A stretch of DNA of 64,000 bases from Clostridia bacterium (GCA_017476605.1 JAFUZM010000088.1:112-64111); one strand, 5' to 3'; counted from the stretch's first letter, positions 45,808 to 55,703 are shown. Numbers and translations are program-made. Notes: generated by a model from the letters alone, not told the origin.

Positions 45808-46353
45808 ATGAACAACAGCACCAAGCGCATTCTTGCAATGACGCTCAAAAAAATGATGTCCCGTTATTCTTTTGATTCGATTACCGTTCAGCATCTGGTA
45901 AACGAAGCCGGAGTCAGTCGGAAAACGTTTTACTACCATTTTCGTGATATTTTCGATTTACTTGAATGGACCTTCAGAGAGGATGTTCGGGAGTTTATTG
46001 AGACATCTTATCAGCCGGATCAGATCGAATTGGCCCTACAGGGATTTTTGACCTATCTGAAAGAAAATCGCTCTTTGATTCTGAATGCTTATCACGCGCT
46101 TCCACGAGAGCTCATTGAGCGGCATTTTCTCGATATCATCCTTCCGTCGCTCAAGCATTTCTATAAGGACAGTCGTGAATATCAGGCACTTTCTGAGGCA
46201 GAACAGACCTTTGTTCTTAACATGTATGGCTTTGGTCTCTCCGGGATTATCCTTAAATGGATTGGAGAAGGAATGAATCAGAATTCAGAGGAACTGGTCC
46301 GTTTTATCATGCACTTCTTTGAACATAACAGTTTTGGTATGACCCGTTCATAG
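45808..46353 (+). CDS. TetR family regulator (DhaS-like C-terminal domain)
   Basis: SFDSITVQHLVNEAGVSRKTFYYHFRDIFDLLEW is the HTH and the following helix. Confidence 0.8.
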   Translation: MNNSTKRILAMTLKKMMSRYSFDSITVQHLVNEAGVSRKTFYYHFRDIFDLLEWTFREDVREFIETSYQPDQIELALQGFLTYLKENRSLILNAYHALPRELIERHFLDIILPSLKHFYKDSREYQALSEAEQTFVLNMYGFGLSGIILKWIGEGMNQNSEELVRFIMHFFEHNSFGMTRS

Positions 46354-46427
46354 ACAGACAGGACGTTCTTCTCTGTTTTGCTTCGCAACGGATTTAGATT
46401 TATACTGTGGTATTTTTGCTAATTTTA

Positions 46428-46456
46428 TTTACAATTCCTAGGCAACTTGCTATAAT
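46428..46456 (+). promoter_or_regulatory. Sigma-A promoter (extended -10) of the ABC importer operon
   Basis: TTTACA-17 nt-TATAAT with TGc. A 9-bp hairpin (AATCTGAAT-GCCTT-ATTCAGATT, 46468-46490) follows in the 5' UTR. Confidence 0.65.
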
Positions 46457-46515
46457 TTAATCATCAAATCTGAATGCCTTATTCAGATTGAATAATTTTT
46501 ATGGAGGTTTTTTAT

Positions 46516-47532
46516 ATGAAGAAACTGCTTTCAATCATGCTGGCAATCGCTCTTTGTCTGGCACTGGTATCCGCCTTTGCCGAGAAAGCACCCGAAGAGT
46601 ACACGGGCAAGCTGTCCATCTACTCTCCGCACGATGCCGATCCTCTGAATGCTGGCGTTGCAGGCTTTGAGGCCAAGTATCCGAACGTTGAGGTCAATGT
46701 TGTTGCCGACGGTACCGGCAATTTGCTCAACCGTATCGCTGCTGAGGCAGCTGCACCTATGGCCGATGTCCTTTGGGGCGGCGGCGCTGACAGCCTTGCT
46801 GCTTATAAGGATTATTTCCAGCCCTACAAGCCAAGCAGCATTGATCTGATTGATTCTGCACTGTATGATCCGGAGTACTACTGGATTGGCGAATCTCCGC
46901 TGCCCATGGTTTTCCTGGTCAATACCAACCTGGTGGCTGAGGAAGATATCCCCCAGACATGGAAAGATCTTGCCGATCCCAAGTGGGAAGGAAAGATTGC
47001 TTTTGCTGATCCTGCCTCCTCCGGTTCTGCGTTCACTCAGCTGTGCACCATCTTCATGATCTACGGTGAGGAAGCCGATGATTACAAAGCCGGCTGGGAT
47101 CTCGTTTCCCAGATGGTTTCCAACCTGGTTATCCAGAGCGGTTCCTCCGGTGCTCACAAGAATGTCGACTCCGGCGAATATCCGATCGGCATCACCCTTG
47201 AGAAAGCGGCCATTCAGTATGACACCTCTGAATCCGGACATCTCAAGATCGTCTATCCGACCGACGGAACCTCCGCTGTACCGGATGGTGTAGCCATTGT
47301 TAAGGACTGCCCGAACCTCGAACTGGCTCAGCTCTTTGTTGAGTATGTGCTCAGCGCCGAGTGCCAGACTGCTCAGAATGCGGATTATGGCCGTCGCCCG
47401 ATCCGCAGTGACGTAACACCTGTTGGCCTGCCGGAGCTCAGCAGCTTCCCGATCATGACCTATAACTTCGACTATGCTGCAAAGAATAAAGCGGACATTG
47501 TCGATCAGTGGAAAGACGTCATCGTCGAGTAA
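46516..47532 (+). CDS. ABC transporter substrate-binding protein (Fe3+/polyamine/thiamine-type, SBP_bac_1/6-like)
   Basis: ORF trimmed to ATG 46516 (GGAGG upstream). Signal peptide MKKLLSIMLAIALCLALVSAFA. SIYSPHD...VLWGGG...FADPASSGSAF blocks are typical of this SBP class. Confidence 0.8.
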   Translation: MKKLLSIMLAIALCLALVSAFAEKAPEEYTGKLSIYSPHDADPLNAGVAGFEAKYPNVEVNVVADGTGNLLNRIAAEAAAPMADVLWGGGADSLAAYKDYFQPYKPSSIDLIDSALYDPEYYWIGESPLPMVFLVNTNLVAEEDIPQTWKDLADPKWEGKIAFADPASSGSAFTQLCTIFMIYGEEADDYKAGWDLVSQMVSNLVIQSGSSGAHKNVDSGEYPIGITLEKAAIQYDTSESGHLKIVYPTDGTSAVPDGVAIVKDCPNLELAQLFVEYVLSAECQTAQNADYGRRPIRSDVTPVGLPELSSFPIMTYNFDYAAKNKADIVDQWKDVIVE

Positions 47533-47546
47533 TCACTTTTTATTCA

Positions 47547-47580
47547 AAAAGTGCTCCGAGTTCCTCGGAGCACTTTTATC
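47547..47580 (+). terminator. Intra-operon hairpin/partial terminator after the SBP gene
   Basis: AAAAGTGCTCCGAG-TTCC-TCGGAGCACTTTT followed by ATC. Confidence 0.5.
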
Positions 47581-47604
47581 TATTAGAAAGGGGCTTTCAT
47601 TTGT

Positions 47605-48678
47605 ATGAGCCAAGCAGTTATTATTAAAAATGCGATAAAGCGCTATGGGGACTTCCAGGCAGTCAACAATATCAGTCTTACCATCAATCCGGGAGAATTC
47701 TTCACCTTACTTGGCCCCTCGGGATGTGGCAAGACTACACTGCTTCGTATGATCGCCGGATTTAATACCGTTGATGGCGGTGAAATCTGCTTCGATGATC
47801 GTGTCATTAACAATGTTCCCGCACACAAGCGCGACATCGGCATGGTCTTCCAGAACTATGCCATTTTCCCCCATCTCAATGTCACGGACAACGTTGCCTA
47901 TGGTCTCAAGGCGAGAAAGGTCCCAAACAGTGAAATCGGACCTCGCGTAAACGAAGCGCTCAAAATGGTGCAGATTGATCATCTCGCTACAAGAAAACCG
48001 AACGAGCTTTCCGGCGGACAGCAGCAGCGCGTCGCGCTTGCCCGTGCATTTGTCATTGAGCCCAGCGTTCTTCTGATGGACGAGCCTCTCTCTAATCTTG
48101 ATGCCAAGCTTCGCGTTCAGATGAGAACGACCATCAAAAAGCTTCAGCAGCGGCTTGGAATTACGACAATTTATGTCACCCATGATCAGGAGGAAGCTCT
48201 GGCGATTTCTGATCGTATTGCGGTTATGAATGCAGGAAACATCATGCAGGTGGGTGCACCGGAGGAGATTTACCGCAAACCGGCCAATCCGTTTGTAGCA
48301 AACTTTATCGGCGTCTCCAATTTCATCGACTGCACCGTGACTGCCCAGGGAAACACCGCAACGGTGACGATTGAAAACAAATACAGCTTTGAGATGCCCG
48401 TTCGTAAGGCATACAACGGTGCTGCCATTTTGAGCGCACGCCCCGAGCAGCTTTTCCTGTCGGATAAGGGCATTCCGGGAACCATCACCCTTGCCCTGTT
48501 CCTCGGCGATTTCATTCAGTATGAAATCAAGCTCGAGAATGACCAGATCATCGAGCTGAACGAATATACCAAAGATACAGACAGCGCCAGAAAAGTAGGT
48601 GAATCCGTCTTCATAGAGTTTAACCCCCGTCAGGTCTCACTCTATGAGAAAGAAAGTGAGGAGGTTCTCTCATGCTGA
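47605..48678 (+). CDS. ABC transporter ATP-binding protein (PotA/FbpC-like with a C-terminal TOBE-like domain)
   Basis: Walker A GPSGCGKTT, signature LSGGQQQRVALARA, Walker B LLMDEPLSNLD, H-loop YVTHDQ. Confidence 0.9.
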   Translation: MSQAVIIKNAIKRYGDFQAVNNISLTINPGEFFTLLGPSGCGKTTLLRMIAGFNTVDGGEICFDDRVINNVPAHKRDIGMVFQNYAIFPHLNVTDNVAYGLKARKVPNSEIGPRVNEALKMVQIDHLATRKPNELSGGQQQRVALARAFVIEPSVLLMDEPLSNLDAKLRVQMRTTIKKLQQRLGITTIYVTHDQEEALAISDRIAVMNAGNIMQVGAPEEIYRKPANPFVANFIGVSNFIDCTVTAQGNTATVTIENKYSFEMPVRKAYNGAAILSARPEQLFLSDKGIPGTITLALFLGDFIQYEIKLENDQIIELNEYTKDTDSARKVGESVFIEFNPRQVSLYEKESEEVLSC

Positions 48679-50375
48679 ACGGTCGGAAAAAGAGCACGAT
48701 GCCCTTTTACACGGATTTCTGGTTCTGGGTAAAAACGATCATTTTTGCTGTCTTTCTGCTCTTCCTGGTGTATCCGTTCTCAACGCTTGTGATCAACAGT
48801 TTCAGATCGACCAAAGCAGATGGTCTGACGCTCTATAACTTTTCCCGTTTCTTCCAGAAGAAGTATTACTACTCAGCGCTTGCCAACAGCATGCAGATGA
48901 GTCTGATTCCCACCATCCTCTCCATCCTGATCGGCGTTCCCATGGCGTACCTCATGACGAGATTCAACATCGCCGGGAAAACCTTCTGGCATGTTTTGAT
49001 CATCCTTTCCCTCATGTGTCCGCCATTTCTCGGCGCATACAGCTGGATCATTCTCTTTGGTAATGCTGGCATCATCACGCAGTGGATGAGTTCCACATTT
49101 GGTGTCACAATGCCGACCATATATGGTCTGGGGGGCTGCGTTGCGGTTTTCACGCTCAAGCTGTTCCCCTATGTGTATCTCTATGTTTCCGGCGCAATGG
49201 GATCCATTGACCGCTCTGTTGAGGAGTGCGCGGAAAACCTTGGCTCCGGAAAGCTTCGCCGGATGCTGACGGTAACCGTACCGGTGGTCATGCCCTCTAT
49301 CGCTGCCGGTGCCCTGATGGTGTTCATGACAGCACTTGCCGATTTCGGTACGCCGGGCATTCTGGCCGGCGGCAATTTCAGAACGCTTCCGGTTCTCATC
49401 TACAACGAATATTTAAGCGAGACCGGCGGTAATGCAAACCTTGCCAGCGCCATTTCCATGATCGTTGTCCTCATTTCCCTTCTTATTCTGTTCCTCCAGA
49501 AATGGTGGGTTGCCCGCAAGAATTATCAGATGAGTGCGCTTCGTCCGCCTGCAATCACGGAATATCATGGTGCAAAGCGCTTCCTGATCACCCTTCCGGT
49601 TGCAATTGTAACCCTGATTGCTTTCCTGCCTCAGGCCGTCGTGGTTTTCTGCTCCTTTGTCAAAACGAATTACTCCAACTTTGTATTTGAGGAAGGGTTC
49701 ACTCTGGAGCATTACGCTGAACTGGGACGCAATCTGATGACCAATATTCAGAACTCCTTTGTCTTTTCAACGGTTGCAATCATCTTCATCCTGATTCTGG
49801 GCATCCTCATGTCCTATGTCATCGTTCGTCGTCGCGGGAAAACTGGCGGAGCGCTTGACATGCTGATGATGGCTCCCTATGTTATTCCGGGTTCTGTTTT
49901 GGGCCTTTGTTACATCGTTGCGTTCAATAATCTTGGACGGACAGCGGATGGGACGGTCATTCGCCTCACCGGCACGGCCAGTATTATCATTATTTCCATG
50001 ATCATCCGTAAAATGCCCTATACCGTCCGTTCCGGAAGTGCGTTCCTTATGCAGATGGATCCCTCCATTGAGGAAGCTTCCATCAACCTGGGTGTCTCAC
50101 CGATGAAGACCTTCATAAAGGTGACGGTACGAATGATGCTGCCCGGTGTTCTTTCCGGTGCCATTATTTCCTGGGTTACCTGCATTAACGAACTGTCCAC
50201 CTCCATCATGCTCTATACCGGCAAGACGGCAACAATTACCGTGGCCAGCTATACGGCCATCGTCCGAAATTCCGTTGGTACCGGTGCAGCGCTTGCCTCC
50301 ATACTGACGCTGACAAGCGGTGCACTCCTTCTGATCTTCTTCAGGGTCAGCAAAGGAAAGGTATCCATCGTCTGA
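48672..50375 (+). CDS. ABC transporter permease, duplicated (two BPD_transp_1 domains, FbpB/ThiP-like)
   Basis: 567 aa, about 12 TM segments. Two EAA-like loops (ECAENLGSGKLRRMLTVTVP; EEASINLGVSPMKTFIKVTV). AGGAGG 7 nt upstream. It overlaps the ATPase gene by 7 nt. Confidence 0.85.
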   Translation: MLNGRKKSTMPFYTDFWFWVKTIIFAVFLLFLVYPFSTLVINSFRSTKADGLTLYNFSRFFQKKYYYSALANSMQMSLIPTILSILIGVPMAYLMTRFNIAGKTFWHVLIILSLMCPPFLGAYSWIILFGNAGIITQWMSSTFGVTMPTIYGLGGCVAVFTLKLFPYVYLYVSGAMGSIDRSVEECAENLGSGKLRRMLTVTVPVVMPSIAAGALMVFMTALADFGTPGILAGGNFRTLPVLIYNEYLSETGGNANLASAISMIVVLISLLILFLQKWWVARKNYQMSALRPPAITEYHGAKRFLITLPVAIVTLIAFLPQAVVVFCSFVKTNYSNFVFEEGFTLEHYAELGRNLMTNIQNSFVFSTVAIIFILILGILMSYVIVRRRGKTGGALDMLMMAPYVIPGSVLGLCYIVAFNNLGRTADGTVIRLTGTASIIIISMIIRKMPYTVRSGSAFLMQMDPSIEEASINLGVSPMKTFIKVTVRMMLPGVLSGAIISWVTCINELSTSIMLYTGKTATITVASYTAIVRNSVGTGAALASILTLTSGALLLIFFRVSKGKVSIV

Positions 50376-50388
50376 TTTCGAGCCATAC

Positions 50389-50428
50389 AAAAACAGGAAT
50401 TCAAGACAGCTTGAATTCCTGTTTTTTG
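50389..50428. terminator. Bidirectional Rho-independent terminator
   Basis: CAGGAATTCAAG-ACAG-CTTGAATTCCTG, flanked by AAAAA and TTTTTT. Confidence 0.7.
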
Positions 50429-50433
50429 CTTAT

Positions 50434-51042
50434 TCATCGGCGCGATTCATTGAAAATCAGAATGGCTTCGCGATGCTCCATGGGCCCAAGAGCATAGTCA
50501 ATCGGTTCAGTGGATTCCAGTATCCTTCTTGTGACAATGCGGTTATACCGCTTCGGCTCATCCTTTACCACAATGACACCAATACTTGAGGGACTCTGAC
50601 CATCAAAATACCCTTCAATTTCCTCATAGGGATCAAACAATGCGATGCCAGAATCCGCAATTTCCGTGAGAAGGACATAATGCTCCTCGTGTTCAAGGCG
50701 ACAACGGACCACGGCAACACCGCCATGCTGTAACCCCTGATAGATATCGGTGTTTTCGTTAAGGTTCACGGCACTTCCGGAAAGATAGCAGGAGGAAATC
50801 GGAAAATTCCGAATTCGTCCATACTCGTTAAAGTAATTGGAGAGGTACATCATCGCGCCTCTCGAGGTTCCTCTTCGTCCGTGCTCTCCGTGCTCGTTAA
50901 ATGTGTCGAGTGTAAAAAGAGAGATACTTTTAATGAGGTCCGGACGAATCTCCGCTCGTTCAAACAGGTAGCGAAGCGCATTGATCATGGACACCATGCC
51001 GCAATCATATTCTGTGCTTTGTGTAATCAATGTATTTTTCAT
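50434..51042 (-). CDS. Cytoplasmic papain-fold cysteine peptidase-like protein (Peptidase_C39-like)
   Basis: 202 aa. The N-terminal QSTEYDCGMVSMINALRYL fits Q..(Y)DCG. A later EHYVLL...DPY fits the His/Asp pair. There is no signal peptide and no ABC fusion. Confidence 0.45.
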   Translation of the reverse strand: MKNTLITQSTEYDCGMVSMINALRYLFERAEIRPDLIKSISLFTLDTFNEHGEHGRRGTSRGAMMYLSNYFNEYGRIRNFPISSCYLSGSAVNLNENTDIYQGLQHGGVAVVRCRLEHEEHYVLLTEIADSGIALFDPYEEIEGYFDGQSPSSIGVIVVKDEPKRYNRIVTRRILESTEPIDYALGPMEHREAILIFNESRR

Positions 51043-51084
51043 CAGAAGAATCTTCTCTCTAGTACGAAAGTACGAAATGAGGCA

Positions 51085-51864
51085 TCATTTGTTTTGCCAT
51101 AGGAAGGGCATGAAAATCGGCACCTGTTTTTCCCAGTCTGCCTCGCAGTGTGCACCGCCGACTTGGTTATACAGCCGTGCAACGCCACCCTGCGCTTCAA
51201 TTTTATTCGCAGCGGCTTTGTTTCTGCGATAGGTATAACTCTGCTTATCCTCAACGCTTGGATCGGTAATGCCGGGGGTTTCCAGTGTTCCCCAGGACAG
51301 GTAGACCCGTGTATCGGAGACGATGTCACTGTGATTCATATCGGAAAACATCTGCGGAGCGCAGAATCCGATTGCGGAGGAAAGACAGCCTGCTTTCGAG
51401 AACCAGCGGTTATGGTGGGAAACGGCATATAAGGACATGAGTCCACCCATGCTCGAGCCGGCTATGCCCGTGCACTCCCGAAATGGCATTGTCCGGAATT
51501 CACGATCCACATACGGTTTTACGGTATTCAATATCCATTGCATGGTCTCCTCTCCGTGCGCCTCATATCTTGAGAATGCACCGCGATATGGTCGAAACGG
51601 CATGTATTCGCTCAGCCGTTCGCCATCTCCGTGTCCGCATTCCATGCCGACACAGATGATCTGCTTCTCCCATGCTGTCAGGAATTCAAAAAGGCCCCAG
51701 CTCTTGCCATAGGTGGCATCCTCATTAAAAAACAGATTATGCCCGTCAAAAAAATACATGACCGGATATCGTTCATCTGTTTCATCATAATGGTTCGGCA
51801 GCCAGATATGCAAAGGGCGATTTGCCCCTGCAAACGGATAAAAACAGTCTCTTTTAATGACCAA
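51085..51864 (-). CDS. Alpha/beta hydrolase, putative esterase family
   Basis: 259 aa. YPVMYFFDGHN, GIAGSSMGGLMSLY (GxSxG), C-terminal GGAHCEADW. TTG start after AGAGGGGA. Confidence 0.7.
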   Translation of the reverse strand: MVIKRDCFYPFAGANRPLHIWLPNHYDETDERYPVMYFFDGHNLFFNEDATYGKSWGLFEFLTAWEKQIICVGMECGHGDGERLSEYMPFRPYRGAFSRYEAHGEETMQWILNTVKPYVDREFRTMPFRECTGIAGSSMGGLMSLYAVSHHNRWFSKAGCLSSAIGFCAPQMFSDMNHSDIVSDTRVYLSWGTLETPGITDPSVEDKQSYTYRRNKAAANKIEAQGGVARLYNQVGGAHCEADWEKQVPIFMPFLWQNK

Positions 51865-51894
51865 CGTCGTTCCCCTCTTCTCCTGTTTTTGATT

Positions 51895-52626
51895 TTACTG
51901 CATGCCAAAGCTGCCCAGGTAAACCTCACAGGAGCGTGTCATCTCCCGAGAGAAATCGCTGTTGTACTTTCGCTTGCAAAAGGCCTGCATATAACTTTCA
52001 TAGGGTACATCACCACGGTTTGCAGACAGTCTGCGTGCACGGTCTTCCTTTGAAAACCGCCGATACCTGTTCTCGTGCACGACGAGATCCAGATCTGCAC
52101 GATTGGGCTTTTTCCTTGCTTTCTGATCCTCCGTCGGATAGCCAAAGACAACCATTGCTGCAGGGACCACAAATTCGGGCAGCCCGAGTAGAACACGATG
52201 TTCCTCGGCATTCTCGAGAATATCGCCGATATAGCAGGAACCGATGCCAAGGCTTTCCGCAGCCGTGACCGCGTTCTGTGCCGCAATGACGGCATCTGAA
52301 ATGGCCAAAAGCAGATCTCCGGCGCCGGGGCTTCTCGGTCCGCAGTTCGTATCCGCAAAACCTTCATACCAGATCTGGCAGTCGGCAAGAAAGATCAGAA
52401 CCATTTTTGCCTTTGCAATAAACGGCTGATGATCACAGGTTTCCGAAAGCTTCTCTTTCAATGCCGGATCAGTAACATCGATAATCGAATAGAGCTGCTG
52501 ACATCCGGCAGAGGGAGCATTAATGGCGGCATTCAGAATGGCCTGTTTCTCCGCAGCCCCGATCTCGCGCTCTTCGTATTTCCGTACAGACTTTCGATTC
52601 GTCAATTCCCGAAGTGTTTCGTTCAT
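51895..52626 (-). CDS. Nitroreductase family protein
   Basis: ORF trimmed to ATG 52626 (AAGGGAG upstream). LTNRKSVRKYEEREI is the FMN-binding R-x-S-x-R-x-(Y/F) motif, followed by INAPSAGCQQ. Confidence 0.75.
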   Translation of the reverse strand: MNETLRELTNRKSVRKYEEREIGAAEKQAILNAAINAPSAGCQQLYSIIDVTDPALKEKLSETCDHQPFIAKAKMVLIFLADCQIWYEGFADTNCGPRSPGAGDLLLAISDAVIAAQNAVTAAESLGIGSCYIGDILENAEEHRVLLGLPEFVVPAAMVVFGYPTEDQKARKKPNRADLDLVVHENRYRRFSKEDRARRLSANRGDVPYESYMQAFCKRKYNSDFSREMTRSCEVYLGSFGMQ

Positions 52627-52653
52627 GCTTCTCCCTTGCTTTCCTGCAGGCAC

Positions 52654-53523
52654 TCAATCAATACGGGCAAATGTTTTCATGGCTTCCTCAACGTTTTTCT
52701 GCATCTCTGCCCGGGCTGCCATGGATAATGTTGAGAAGAAGACGGGGCTGCCATCTGAAATCATCTTCCGGAGGGCTTCCTGTGCCGCTGCGCCACCTGC
52801 TTTATCCATATAGGTGAAATAGTTGATCTTTCTGACACCCGCCTCAACGGCTTTGTGGAAATCCTCCTTACTGACGCCGGAGCCGCCATGCATGACAACA
52901 GGAATGCCGTTTGTCTCGGCACGCACGTTTGTAACGACATTGAAATCAAGCCGTGGGGCTTTCAGATAGATGCCGTGTGTTGTTCCAAAGGAACAGGCAA
53001 GCGCATCAATGCCGGTGTCTTTCACAAATTCCTTGGCAAGAATCGGATCGGTATAGATCTTTGTCTCATCCTCTTCCCCGGAACCGACGCCTTCTCCGGA
53101 TTCGCGGCGTCCCATGGACCCAAGCTCCGCTTCAACAGACGCTCCGTATTGTTTTGCCAGTTCAACGGCTTTCTTTGTATTTGCAAGGTTCTCCTCATAC
53201 GGGAGCGTCGAACCGTCATACATGATGCCCGTAAAGCCGATGTCAAGGGCCTGCTTCAGATACTCAAGTGTCTCGCCGTGATCAAGGTGCACGCAGACCG
53301 GAACCGAGGCTTTCTCGGCCATTCGAATCATCACCGGTCCGATCAGATCAAGGGCAATCCAGGGCTCATGACACTGTGCAAACTGGATGATAACGGGCAA
53401 TTTAAGTGCCTCTGCCGCATGGACATTTGCCTCAAGAGACTCCATATTTGCCGCATTGAATGCACCGACAGCAATTTTTCGTTCCTCGGCAATTGACAGG
53501 ATTTCCTTAAGCGTAATAAGCAT
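52654..53523 (-). CDS. Class II (metal-dependent) ketose-bisphosphate aldolase (FBA/tagatose-bisphosphate aldolase family)
   Basis: AVGAFN, VCVHLDHG, MYDGS, EAELG, VVMHGGSG. GGAGG 6 nt upstream. Confidence 0.85.
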   Translation of the reverse strand: MLITLKEILSIAEERKIAVGAFNAANMESLEANVHAAEALKLPVIIQFAQCHEPWIALDLIGPVMIRMAEKASVPVCVHLDHGETLEYLKQALDIGFTGIMYDGSTLPYEENLANTKKAVELAKQYGASVEAELGSMGRRESGEGVGSGEEDETKIYTDPILAKEFVKDTGIDALACSFGTTHGIYLKAPRLDFNVVTNVRAETNGIPVVMHGGSGVSKEDFHKAVEAGVRKINYFTYMDKAGGAAAQEALRKMISDGSPVFFSTLSMAARAEMQKNVEEAMKTFARID

Positions 53524-53557
53524 CTTTTTCCTCCGAATTTAATGTAAGTGTATTTTG

Positions 53558-54661
53558 TTATTTCCTGATCCATCCGGCATCGATTTTCTCTTCAAGCTGG
53601 GACAGACTGAGAAGTCCGGATAAAGCATCATAGGTGGTCACCGCACATGCGCCCTCGGCGGCCGCAATCTGGAGTGCACGTTCCGGCGGACGACCACAGG
53701 TCACTGCCACAAGGAAGGCAGCGATGCTGGCATCCCCGGCACCGGTCGCACTTTTCAGGGTTTCTGCGGGAAAACAGCCCTGCAGGAGATGTTTCTCTGC
53801 CCATTCAGTCGTGTTCAGGCCAAGCGCTTTCCCGATTTTCTGAATTCGCACCGGATCGGCAGTGACAAGCGCCATTCCTGCTGTTCCGCATTTGAGAAGA
53901 ACCGCTGCGCATCCCAGCGAAAGCGCTTTTTCCGCCAGGGGAAGTGCCTCCCGTTTCAGGTCCAGTGAAAGGACCGCTTCGGGATTTGCGCTGATTTCCC
54001 GCCACTTTTCCGGGTCCAGCATATAGCACAGCTCCTCAAAGCTCGGGACAAAGAAATCTACCTCTGGAAGCACAAGGCTGAGAAGGTCAGACCAGTTCAC
54101 CTGGCCGGCAGGACTCACCGGATCGACAGCAGCCAGATCAAGACTGGTTGCGATTCCCTGCTCATGCATCATCTTAAGCATTTCATGCAGTTCATGACCG
54201 CCGTCCTGATACATCCGCTTCATCAGGGGCGGATATCCGAAATGAAAGAGAACGGCATCCGACACATCGGCCTGCCTGATGTCCGCTGCCGAAAAGGTAT
54301 CATTTGCACCCGGATGGTGCAAAAACATACGGTCCAGTCCCGGAATGGCAAGGACAATGGTATAGCTGGTGCTGGATCCGTCATCTGTAATGATGCCGGA
54401 TCCGCCTTCTTTTTCAACCAGGTTTTTGACCATCTGCCCAAATTGATCCGGGCCGACCTTGCCCAAAAGGCGGACATTGCCACCCAGCTTTTTGATCGCC
54501 AGACCGGTATTTGCAACGCTTCCGCCCAGATGAATCGCAGCTTCCCCTGCCTGAACCAGCCGCCCGGGGACCAGAACATCGGTAATGCTTTCGGCATTAT
54601 GCCCTTCCAGGATTGGCGTGATATCAAGACAGATATGTCCGGCAGCCAGAATCGTTTTCAC
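53558..54661 (-). CDS. PfkB family carbohydrate kinase (long form)
   Basis: 367 aa. GGSVANTGLAIKKLG and ATGAGDASIAAFL motifs. GTG start after AAGAGGAAG. Confidence 0.75.
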   Translation of the reverse strand: MKTILAAGHICLDITPILEGHNAESITDVLVPGRLVQAGEAAIHLGGSVANTGLAIKKLGGNVRLLGKVGPDQFGQMVKNLVEKEGGSGIITDDGSSTSYTIVLAIPGLDRMFLHHPGANDTFSAADIRQADVSDAVLFHFGYPPLMKRMYQDGGHELHEMLKMMHEQGIATSLDLAAVDPVSPAGQVNWSDLLSLVLPEVDFFVPSFEELCYMLDPEKWREISANPEAVLSLDLKREALPLAEKALSLGCAAVLLKCGTAGMALVTADPVRIQKIGKALGLNTTEWAEKHLLQGCFPAETLKSATGAGDASIAAFLVAVTCGRPPERALQIAAAEGACAVTTYDALSGLLSLSQLEEKIDAGWIRK

Positions 54662-54685
54662 CTGATGCTTCCTCTTTTCTATCCA

Positions 54686-55687
54686 TCATTTCATGGAGCG
54701 ATCGCCGGTCTCAAAGGGATAGGAGACGCCAAGCTGACGCCGGATTTCATCCATCGTTTCCATCACCTGAATAGTTTCGGAAAGCGGCATGGATTCACTT
54801 TCAAGTTTGGAATCCTCCATCATCCGGATGCACTCCTCAATCTCATACTCATATCCGGTGAGCTTCTCCGGTGCGGAAATGCACTTTATCAGTTTCCCGT
54901 CCTTGTCGTAGATTTCAAGCCCCTCGGGGTTGTTTACATTGAGCACACGAATAAATCCCTTTGTTCCGTAGACCATGCCATTGGAATCCGTGCACTGCGT
55001 GACGGAAGCGGCAATCATTGCCTGTTTTCCATCTGCATACCTGAAATGGATGCAGTCGTTCATATCCATGCCAAGTGCATTCAAGGTTCCCGTTGCGGTA
55101 ATTTCACTTGGCGTTCCCAGAACCATCTCGACAAAGTTAATGGGATAGACGCCGATATCCAGCAGCGCACCGCCCGCCAGCTCCGGCAGGCGAATCCGAT
55201 CTTTGTGAGAAATGGCCTTTCCGAGATTGGCATACACCAGATGGACATCACCGATGACGCCGCTTTCAATGGTCTCATTGAGAATCCTGCGCATGGGCTG
55301 ATAGCGGGTCCAGATGGCCTCAGCCAAAAAGATGCCCTTTTCCTTTGCCAAACTGACCAGTTGCCTTGCTTCGTTTGCATTTGCCGTAAATGCCTTTTCG
55401 CAGAGGACGGCTTTTCCGCTTTCAAGACACAGCTTGCCGGTCTCGTAATGATGAGAATGCGGAACCGCGATATAGATAAGGTCCACGAGGGGATCCCCTA
55501 CCAGCTCCTGGTAGCTTCCATAGGCTTTTTCAAAACCAAACCGCTCTGCAAAAGCCTTTGCCCGGTCAAGAGAACGGGCTGCAACTGCATACAATTCCGG
55601 TTTTGTATTTCCTGCCTCATGCATCTTTATGATTGCCTGAGACATCATCTCCGACATCCAGCCGGCGCCAATAAATCCAATTTTCAT
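54686..55687 (-). CDS. Gfo/Idh/MocA family NAD(P)-dependent oxidoreductase
   Basis: ORF trimmed to ATG 55687. MKIGFIGAGWMS Rossmann start, and VLCEKAFT (EKP-type motif). Confidence 0.8.
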   Translation of the reverse strand: MKIGFIGAGWMSEMMSQAIIKMHEAGNTKPELYAVAARSLDRAKAFAERFGFEKAYGSYQELVGDPLVDLIYIAVPHSHHYETGKLCLESGKAVLCEKAFTANANEARQLVSLAKEKGIFLAEAIWTRYQPMRRILNETIESGVIGDVHLVYANLGKAISHKDRIRLPELAGGALLDIGVYPINFVEMVLGTPSEITATGTLNALGMDMNDCIHFRYADGKQAMIAASVTQCTDSNGMVYGTKGFIRVLNVNNPEGLEIYDKDGKLIKCISAPEKLTGYEYEIEECIRMMEDSKLESESMPLSETIQVMETMDEIRRQLGVSYPFETGDRSMK

Positions 55688-55703
55688 TGCGACTGCCCTT
55701 TCT

